A DNA stretch of 64,000 bases from Marsupella aquatica (Eukaryota; Plantae; Marchantiophyta). Location: positions 8,391,539 through 8,455,538 of the forward strand of contig OZ316896.1 in NCBI GenBank assembly GCA_973895155.1. Direction: 5' to 3'. Position numbers and translations under genes: made by a program. Shown piece after piece: positions 40,784 to 50,606 of this stretch; the first letter of the stretch is position 1, and each line of letters opens with the position of its first letter. The notes beneath the pieces were generated by a model. It had not been told where the DNA came from. It made no database searches and saw nothing but the letters and a program-made list of their open reading frames with translations.

Positions 40784-43700
40784 ATGGCTGCCGTGGCCAT
40801 TGTCTCAAGATGTCCATCACCAGCCAGCGCCCTGGCATCGACATTTCTCTCCTGTGTGGACACATCGAAGGACTTTCGCCCATTAACGATGGCCTCGCCG
40901 AATAGACATGGCGGTTCCTGCTTCGGTGTGCGGGTGGACAAATTTACTGATCAGAAGAATGCTACTCCTGCTCGCCGGGGTGTGGTAAAGCCGCTGATTG
41001 TTGCAGCTCTTCATACCAGTGGGGGAAGGTCAGGATTACTCTCTCTCTCTCTCTCTCTGTCACACACACGCACACCGTGATTAGAAATTCTCTCGCAAAA
41101 TTCCGAATAAGGGACAAGTGAATGGACTGACGTAAAACACGGATTGAGCTCTGTGTGAAATAAATTGAGATCGATGCATGAGTTCTGAGAAAACTTTCAT
41201 CCGACTGTTCAAAGTTCTCTTAGAGCTGGATCAGCAAGTGCAACTCCTCTCGCATTCATACACAACATTAGTCAGCATTCTTCTTCCAAGTTGGAATTCG
41301 CTCTCTAATATTGATACAGAAGACCTTTCTCAAGCTTTGATCACCCGCAACGTGAGCGACACGTACAGTTGGCTATAGCTTTTCTGCACTTGTGCCCGTT
41401 TCACTGTACTTTCAATGAAAAAAAGGTTTCGGCCTCCTTTTGAAATGGTTTTCGTGATTTCTGAGATATCTTATGGCTGAGCTTTATTTACAAGGGTTTC
41501 GAACCTGTGCTGAATGCATATCCTTGGTCATCGTATGAGTCTCCTTCAACAATTTAGTTCATGTTGGACCAGACATGGGACGCCTGCTTTTGTGTCTGTC
41601 TCAAAGATGTCATTTATTGGCGTTTTGCGTATAATTATGCTGTGAAGAACAAATCTTAATCGCCTTCAGTCGAAGATCATCTAGTGCTGAAGGTCATTAA
41701 GTGCTGCGTGTATTGATTATCTGTGACAGTCTTTTCTCTTTGTTTTAAGAGGTATTTTCTCACTTCATTTGTTTTAAGAGGGTCTAAGAAACTTTGTTAG
41801 CCTCATTAGCAATGCGATTCTTATGCGGTCTTTTCAGAAAGAGGGAAGAGCATGATGGGACGCTTGCTTAGTGCTAATGCAGTGTGGATAGAAATGATGC
41901 GGCTCCAACTGGACCTCTTGTCTCGCCCAACCCTCAGGTATGTGAAGAAACTCTTATCATTCTTAGAAAACGGACAAGAAATGAAGCATGGTTACACTGA
42001 ATAATACCTGTGCTTCTGTGACAGATCACCTAAAATAGGGTTCCATGTTTAATTCAATTGCACAATTCATTCGATTCGAGTTTTGTACAGTATGAATGTC
42101 TTTGGTCAATTCGTCTCTGATTTTCTCAATTTGCCTTTCCTTGGAGTGTCGCTGACAATCTGGAACCACTACCATGGCAATTCATGTGAAAGTGCACTTC
42201 AGTATATCTCTTGAGGAGCCGTTCCTGGCCGTTTCTTAAACATGACATTAAGGATTATCAAATCGGACTGACTGAGGATTTAATTATTTAGCAGTCTACG
42301 AGATATGAGGCAAAACATAACATGTGTGGCAGTAGGCCGGGCACAGAGAACAAGTCGTTTTACAAGTCCAATGTGATTGCCGTGAATCAGGGTCCTCGGA
42401 ATTTTTTTAAACAACCATGTTCTAGGATTATTTTTGAGAACTATGGCAATTAATAGTCTGTTTTATCTGTAGATTTCGCTCGAAGAAGCTGTGAGGTTGC
42501 AGATGGAAGCTCTTGCATGCAATGATGAACCCCGGCCCGACCATGGTTTGGAGGTATTATGGTCGGATCTATATCTATGTTAATAGATCAATGTTTGAGT
42601 TCGACATCACTACATCACTGGAGAACGCAGGATAAATTCCGGAATGAAGAGGACATAGACCCTTGTGGAAAATACTGCTCACAGTCAATTAGGAATGGAA
42701 CCTTGGCCCTTGACGAGAGATTCACGGAGCCAGAAAAAGTTTACTAAGAGACACAATGGGAAAGTCTGATTACAACTTACGGCCGACTAGGATCCAGCTG
42801 AATTAGACTGAATTTTTCAGGGAGTTTCTGTGTGTCCGAATTCAAGGACTCCATCTGTCAGACATGCAAATTGGAGAAACAATTGAGAGACTATTTCTTT
42901 TAGTTGAGATTGTAACAAAATTCCCATTGAAGGACTTGCAGGGGAATTAGAATGGGATGTGGCAACCGCGCAATAGAATTTAACCCCTGCCTCGAACAAG
43001 GAATGCTATCTCCTCTCCTCGATATCCCTATGATAGCATCAGGTACTAGAAGTCCATCCCTGTGCCCAACAATTTTGCACCTTGTGAGGGCAAGTCAAGG
43101 ATTTAGGGAGAAAGATCAGTGTAGAGAAAAGCCACTGAGAATGAAGTAATGGGATCATAGCCCAAATGCTGCATTAAGAAATAAGCGAAGAGTGAAGAGT
43201 GTTATCAACGTACAGCGCATGTCACACAATCCATTGCCATGTAAGGGAAACTCCGTAACGAATATTTTTCTGAGACCAATTCTTTTGCCAAATTGTAGGT
43301 GATGTACTACTTTGCAAATACGGACGGAGCTGACAATGGTGGTTCACTTCCTCGATACTTCGGCTTCCCATCCGATCTGTACCACTTCGGGCACTTTGCT
43401 CTGAAATTCAAGACTTGGTGAGAATTTTATCTGCTCCTGTCGATTGAAACAGTGTGCTTTCTTCAAGGTTTTCTGCATGATGTAGAACATTCGTGGAGAT
43501 CAATATATCCACAGATGTCTGGCCTGTCTAGCATGTCCGTTTCTCCCTTTATCAGCGCTTTCCATCTTTGAAAGAACCATGCAAATAAGATATACATCGC
43601 AGGTGCCCAGAACTTATCAATCACTCAGGGTACGATGTTGTTAAACTAGAGGAAGTCAACAAGGCAAGGAAGGGTCCTTCCGCTCAAGCGACTGTGCAGA

Positions 43701-43813
43701 TAAGAAGAGGTCATGACGACTGCAGTACTTGGGTATTTACCATGTCCAAGCATGCTAGAGGAAAACAGCTGCCTTGTTGGCTAACGACCAGCTTAACGAG
43801 AGATTCCTCTTAA
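40784..43813 (+). CDS. Conserved uncharacterised, probably plastid-targeted protein, 5 exons, ~236 aa
   Basis: Exons 40784-41028, 41883-41937, 42473-42553, 43299-43417, 43603-43813 join in frame (711 nt). Ser/Ala/Arg-rich transit-like N-terminus; PNPQISLEEAVRLQMEALACNDEPRPDHGLEVMYYFA...YFGFPSDLYHFGHF...WVFTMSK...CWLTTSL resembles a green-lineage family. The exon 2 acceptor is less certain. Confidence 0.8.
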
Positions 43814-44552
43814 GGATTGTTCCGAAACTATGGTCCAGCAGGATTTCCAAGTTTGTGGTTTCTCTCCAAAATGATAATCAACCGGTTGGGAGCAGTATAA
43901 TTACCGTTTACACAGGTTTCTTCTTAGACGAATGTGTCTGATTTGTTCATAATATTGAAGGCAAAGACTACAAAAGAGCCTGATTCAAGTTTTAGTGAAA
44001 TCATTTGGCTGTCAAGCAAATCAATTAGACAAAGTTTGCCAATATCTAAAGTCAACATCAATCCACGTGCAACATTTAGTAGTTCATAGATGACAGAACA
44101 GTAGGCAAGTCCTCAGCCTTTCGTAAACACAAGAGATGGATTTTGTTGATTTTTGTGACCTCCTTGACACACTTAGAAATACCCTGGCCACTCAGCGCAA
44201 TGACTTTCCTGCCAACCTCGTGCTCCCTCTGATTTGCAACCACCTCCCGCCTTAATTAAGCAATCACTCTTCATGTGTAAAACGCTGGTGGATTCAGGTC
44301 ATCAACTTGTCCCTATCCCAAACTTTAAATTATTGGGGTATATAAGTAGTATTATGGCTACCTAATGAATTGCTGATGTCGTTTATCCAAAATCCATAAG
44401 AGGGTCAGTTAGTGACATTAAGATAACCTTTAGGAGAAATTCAATTAGTACCTCAAACATGTCTAAAGGCCTCCTCCTTTGCTAGTCCCAATTCTCTAAA
44501 GGCCTCCTTTGGTCCAATGGCCCCAGAAAAGCCAGCTTAAAATAGGGCAGCT

Positions 44553-44911
44553 TGTCATGCCAAGGGACAGTGCCTCTTGTGCACATCGGCATGTCCTTCG
44601 CATGTCCGCTAGGTATGTAGTTAGGGCTAGTATACTACTTGAGTTAGTGTCATGTTCTTATAGCGAGTCTGGGTCGTTCTTGAAACAAAGGTGTTTGTTA
44701 GTGTGATGCCTAGACCCGGTCCTATTTAGGGCATGTTTTTCTTTGTCATTTTTTAGTTCTTCTTGAATCGTTGTTGACAGAGCTCAGACAGTGCTCGTCG
44801 GTTCCGTACACGGGATTCACACAGTGATTCGTTAGATGCTCCCGGCCGATCTTGGCATCCCGTCGGTTTTCAATTCGATTTCAGTACACTTGTTTCTCTT
44901 ACGCCTTTTAT
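44553..44911 (+). repeat. Terminal repeat A1 (359 bp)
   Basis: Matches 53759-54117 with 13 mismatches by manual count, all transitions, no indels. Confidence 0.97.
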
Positions 44912-44923
44912 TCAAGAAGAACT
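44910..44923 (+). promoter_or_regulatory. Self-priming primer-binding site (Tf1-like)
   Basis: ATTCAAGAAGAACT is the exact reverse complement of AGTTCTTCTTGAAT at 44755-44768 inside A1; no tRNA-type TGG PBS is present; TATTTA lies ~30 bp upstream of 44755. Confidence 0.75.
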
Positions 44924-46153
44924 CGTCGAGATAGCAGTGAGGGGAAGAAGATTACTTGTGGCGGTTTCGACAATTTCTGGTGAAATCATTGCAATTTCTT
45001 CTACGAATATCGGAGCGACGAGTTGAACGTTATGGATTTATGTTGTTATGTGTATACTTAAGTGTATACACATATCAATGCTCCCGGGGGGGTCCGGAGT
45101 TCCTTTTCTGGTTGCACCCGCGACTCCTTTGCTCCTTACTGTTGCTGCCGATTGCTGCCGACCTGTTGTTGCCGACTGCTCGACTGCTTTTGGGGTCATT
45201 TTTGCATTCCCGGCCACAGCTGCAGGCGAGTTTGCCTCGGCCACCTCGCGACTGCATAGGACCGAGCCCCTATTACATCCTTACGTTCTCGGCCATGTGC
45301 CTCCCCTCGGCACTTCTCCCCTTCCCGGCCATTTTCGTTTCATCTCGTTTTCCGATGCAGTTGCAGCTCCCTGCCGTTGCAATTAAAACAGGGGAGAGGG
45401 AGTGAGAGTCGAGGGCACGAGGCCCTATGGAGAATAAAGGAGGGTGAGGGGAGGTGAAGCGAGAGTTGGGCACGAAGCCCCTATACAGCATTAAAGGAGG
45501 ATAGCACAAGCAAAAGCAAAGAGGAGGAGGAGCGACAGCGAGTGAAAGGGCACCAAGCCCTAGGTAGCATTAAGTGGGGAGAAGCCCTGCCACAAGCATG
45601 CGAGGGAGAAGGCACACGGCCCCATTCAGCATTAACAAGGGGGAGGGGAGTTAAGTCGACTCCCTTCTCGGGAGTGCTCCTGCCAGGGCACGAGCCCAAA
45701 TTATTACATTGCAGGAGAGGAGGGGGAGTTCGTAGTCCCTCCATGGGGGCCCGATGCTTTTCTTTTTGCCATCTCTTTCCTTTCGCACTTGCCACGCTGT
45801 GTCTTGCCTTTTCCTCCTTACGCCTTTTGTGCTCCGCAGCCTATATGTACATAGGGCATCGTGCCCTCCCGTTTCTTTCCCTCGCCGGCCATAGAGACTC
45901 CTCAACTTTTCCATAGCCGTCCGACTAGCGCTGCATAGGGCCGTGTGCCACGAGTGTGGTCCGGCTGCAATTTCCGGGGCCACAATGGGCCCCAAATGTG
46001 TATACACTTAAGAGGGGCCTGGTTCACATATTCGACTACCGCTGCATAAGGCCCATATTTCCCCAATTTCTTTGCTGCCGCCACATGTCATCTACATAAG
46101 GTTAAGGGCCCGGCATACACATCAGACCGTCGATCCGGCAAGCACAACACAGC

Positions 46154-48189
46154 ATGTCAGCAGAGGAGCCCAGAGGTAGCAGCATATCGCCACCGACACC
46201 CAGGTACCATTTACGGAGTGATCCACGACCATTGGTGCCAATTTCATTGGAGTCTCGGCAATTTCGACGACGCCAGCAAACAGCAGTAGCACCCACACCA
46301 CGCAATCCTTCTGCTACATTTGGCGGTCGCTTTCCCACTACCCCGAAGCCTGCTATCGCTTCTCTACCCTTTACCCCTTCTGCATCCGTGGTTGTTCCTG
46401 CTTCACCGACATACAGCATGGACGCCAGCCACTCATCTGGCCGCATTGAACGCTTCAGCGGGCGGCCAGGCACTGTTTCTTTACGTGAGTTCAAATCCAC
46501 TTTCTACACTGTTGTTTACGAATTGGAGTTGAAGTACGGCAGCAATTTCACAAATGCTTTTGCATTTAAGCAGCTAGCCAGGTATGTGCACCATGAGGCT
46601 TTGGATGTGTATGAGCAGCACTCTCAACGGCTGCTTGCTGTCACACAATTGCCTAACCCTGCCTATGCCAGTGCAATTGCGGCTGCCTCACAATTGGCAT
46701 TACAGAATGCCATTGCAGCCCATGTTGCTGCTCTTGCCACTTCCCCTCCTACTCCAGTTCCTACCACTGCGCCAGTTACTCCCACTATCTTGGCACAGGC
46801 TACATCAAGCATTTCTCCCACCATTGATTCCCCTGCCTTTGCTGATCCAGTGGCTGAATTTTTCCAGGTTCTCGAATTGGAATTCCCCATCAAGAGTGCT
46901 GACAAAATCATGCAGTTGGCCACCTTTGTGAGGCAGCGCAATGAAACCTTGAAGATGATGTATCGCCGGCTTCTCAAGCTGAAGGAGGACACCCAGAGCA
47001 TCACTGACCTGGAAGCTGCTCATCGTTATCTTCGCGCATTGGAGGGCACACCAGCTCTCCATTCGCAAGTGTTGCAGCAAGTATTCTCAGAGTTTGGAGA
47101 CAGCTACACCCTGCTCAATGTCTATGACACTGCTGAGAAATTTGAGTTGGCCCATGCACATTATGAGGCCAGTATTGCACGTCCACCGCGATCCAGGTAC
47201 CAGACTGCTGCCCCTATACTGGCCACCCCTTCCCGTGTGCCACAGTATGGTTCCAAGACCAAGCCAGTCCATGCTGTTTTCATGCTGCCATCTTGCAACT
47301 ACTGTGGTAACCCAATCACAAGGCTAATGAATGTGATATTGTTGTTGAGGACCTTTCTTGTGATTTTTGCGGGAAAGTGGGTCACTTGGAGGCAGTTTGT
47401 TTTGCCAAATTCCCAGAGAGGAAGCAGCTACGACAACAGGCCACTCATCCTGCTCCTGTTTCCACTCCCCCACCAGCTAGGAGGGCTCCTACTACATCAA
47501 CTGCTCCTCCTTCCAGTGGCAAAGCATCTAGTACCAACAAACCGCCCAAGCAGCAACAGAAGCAACCAGCTCAGAAGGAGGCTCACAACGCACAGGCAAC
47601 TCAACTCCAGTCTCTGACTCATGAGGTTGAGTCCCTACGTGCCCAACTTGCCAACATCAAAGGCAAGTCAACTGCCTCTGCTGGTCCTTCTCAACCGGCT
47701 GGTCACGTGCAACCCATCGCTGGCCCAGGCACCACTGACAGTTCAACACCTCTACCCCGCTCTTTCTATGGCTTGCCATTTGATGCTCATATGGGTGAGT
47801 GTGTGCTGTCCTCTGCTCCACAGCCTGGTCTTACAGCAGAATTTTCAGATTCATTCTGCCCTTCCTATTTTGCTTACCAGCACGCCAGTGCTGCCTCCCG
47901 TATTGCTCCCACACGCCGCATTGTACAGGCTGATGGTCTTGCTGCCGGTCCTATGACTAGAGCCAGGGGAGCTCGGGCTGTCATGCCCCAATCTTTTCAG
48001 CCACTCACACTTGCTGAAGAGCGCACCTTGTTGGCGAGGGGGGAGGGAGCTGCAGCTACATCCATTCCACCACCAGGTGCTGCTGACATTTCACAGGGAG
48101 TTGTTTCTCCTGAGCTGCTTGAGCATTTCACCTCTGGTATGGCACAAAGGATTCTTACAACTCCACTTTTCAGTTGCCATGATTTATAG
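46154..48189 (+). pseudogene. Retrotransposon Gag with two CCHC zinc knuckles plus linker (frameshifted)
   Basis: Capsid-like region RIERFSGRPG...QRNETLKMMYRRL. A 1-bp deletion near 47314 breaks CNYCGNP(N)HKANEC, followed by CDFCGKVGHLEAVC. The in-frame TAG at 48187-48189 continues into the 48250 ORF. Confidence 0.85.
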
Positions 48190-48549
48190 CTGGATGCTAG
48201 AGCTGTCCTTAGGGCGCTAGAGGGTTCACTGCATTCTTTATCAGCCCCTGTGACACTGGTTTTGGAGGTCCAATCTCATGTACATATTGGACCTTCTTCT
48301 TCTCCATTACATGCTTCCATTGGTTTGGCTATCCCAGTACCAATTTCCAGTGGTAGCGATGACAGTATTGCTGCAGATTGTGTGACCAGAGTTACACTAG
48401 ATTCTGGTCATGTTGCTCCATCTTTCCTGACTATGTTGTTGAGTGGAAAGACCGTGGATACTAACTCCCTTCACAAGGTACCTCATCATCTGCCAAAAGT
48501 GGTGCCTAGCGACAGGACTTCAGTTTCCACCACTATTGCCATTGTTGAC

Positions 48550-48900
48550 AACAGGAATTCAGCGGTCAAGTTGGAGGGTCACACTCCTCAGGTGGTCATG
48601 CTAGACACAGGCGCTCAACCAGTGATATTGGGCATTCAGTTTGCCAAGAAGATGGGACTGTTGACTGATCATTTACAGCAATCCAGATGGCATATTCGGA
48701 CTGCTAGTGGCACTATGGAGGATGTGCTGGGTGAGAGTTCTACTTTACTCACTCTCACTTTTAATGGAGGTACAGATCAGGAACTGCATTTCCCAGTCAG
48801 ATGTTTGGTTACCAATGTCACTACGTATGATGTGCTCATTGGCCAGGAGGTTTTGTTCCCACCAGGTTTTACCATTGACAACTGGCATGAGCATGCATAC
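48550..48900 (+). CDS. Retroviral-type aspartic protease domain of the polyprotein
   Basis: VMLDTGAQPVILG (DTG at 48604-48612), IRTASG flap, YDVLIGQEVL motif. Confidence 0.9.
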
Positions 48901-49266
48901 TACAGAGTTGATTGGCATACTGATGGCTCACACTTGGGCTACATTCCACTTGATTTGCATGGTGCCCATACACCTATGGCTCACCACTGTGTGTTGAAAG
49001 CAGTGCACACAGCTACCTATGTCAACCACCCATTGCAGGATTGGATTGAGGAGGATGACGATGAGGTGGCTGCTGCACATGCTGTTGCACGTATAGCAGC
49101 ACTTTCCAGCAACGTGAATCATCAACCAGAGGTGGTACAACAGCTCCAAGCAGCCCATGGGCCTTTGGTGGCTGCATTGCGCAAGTTTGAAGACCTTGGG
49201 CAGCACAATGGACAGCCAATAGCCCCAATCTTGAGCGCACCAGTTACATGGACTCCTGCTCCGGAT

Positions 49267-50200
49267 GGCCTTACATTGCTTGAGCTTTTTGGTGGCATTT
49301 CTACAGGCCTGGAAGCTCTCCTACAGTCCGACATGGTGGTGAAGCAGTACATCTACATGGACATTGATCCAGGTGCAAGGCAAGTGGTTGAATCCTGTCT
49401 GCTGGAATTTTCAGAACGATTTCCCCAACAGTTTCCACACAATGCATGGAAGTCTGCATTTTCTTTCTTCCCTCCAGATATCCAGCTTGTCCAGCACCGA
49501 CACTTAACCCTTCTTGGTTCCCTCAATTTGATCATAGCTGGTTGGGAATGCCAAGGGTTTTCAGCTGCTGGTCATGGTGCTGGATTGCATGACTCTCGTT
49601 CTAGCCTTTTCACAACATTGGTTCAGATTCTCATCTGGGCTCAATCCCTTTATCCTGCTGTTGGTTATATCATTGAGAATACTCCATCTCAGTTTGACCA
49701 GCGTCCACAGGTCAAAGAGGATTTTAGTGTGGTCCAGCACTACTTGGGACCACCCCTTCTCATTGATGCAGTGCACTGTGGTTCTTATGCACATTGTCTT
49801 CGTAACTTTTGGACTAACCTTGCACCACCTTCCTTGCTGGAGCTAGCTTTTCACCACACATCCAGGGATACTAACCTCACAGTGGACCAGATTTTGGATC
49901 CTGACAGTTCTTGCCAACCAGTTACCCGGCAAGAGCCAGCACCTTGGTATCCAGCCAATACCATTGGACAGCCCCGTGCTGCTTGGCCTACATTTGTATC
50001 CTTTCCAGGTGCACATGCCTTTCAGGGTGATGGTCCTGGCCTGGTTTATCGATATTCTACCGGTACATGGGATGAACCTAGTCCTGAGGAGAGAGAACAG
50101 GCTATGGGCTTCCAATCCGGTACTACAGGTCACACCCAGATCACCAGGCTGGCCAGGAATGCTTTACTTGGCAGGGTAATGGATCTTAATGCTCTCACTT
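49267..50200 (+). CDS. C5-cytosine DNA methyltransferase domain embedded in the polyprotein
   Basis: Motif I LLELFGGISTG, II YMDID, IV IIAGWECQGFSAAG, V RSSLF, VI IIENTP, VIII AHCLRNFWTNL, IX PEEREQAMGF, X RNALLGRVMD, in canonical order and in frame with the protease. Confidence 0.9.
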
Positions 50201-50606
50201 GGCTTCTGGTCACTTGCATCCTTTTTCAGATGTACATTCATCCAGCATCTGGAGTTCCAGCTCTACCACTCCATGGTGCTTCTACATGGCATCCCGACCA
50301 GGTGCACTTACCTCTATTCAACACTCACCGCTTCAGTCCAAGTGTTGGGGGGGGAGGAGGTCCCTTGTAACGTGGCTGACAATATTTCTGAGTTTCATGG
50401 TGTGGACCAACTCAGATCAGCAGGTACAACAGGCCTTGGAGAGACCTCGTCACCTTATCAGCAGCATGCTAGCAGCTTGGACAGTGGAGGTTGGCACTTC
50501 TGGCTCTTCAAGCACGAGTACATCAGGTCCTATTCCTAGTGTTGCCAACTACACATTCATCATGGGCAACCACTTGAGTAAAAGATAGAAGGACCAGCTG
50601 CTAAAT

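Noticed and set aside
41838-41882. Upstream acceptor TTTTCAG at 41837 for exon 2 of the plastid-type gene
   Set aside because: Introduces an in-frame TAG after exon 1; the acceptor at 41882 preserves the ORF. Alternative splicing is not excluded.
44956-46084. Several 60-150-aa ORFs in the retroelement leader
   Set aside because: Mostly non-ATG starts, no domains, expected from GC-rich sequence; no evidence for an extra accessory gene.
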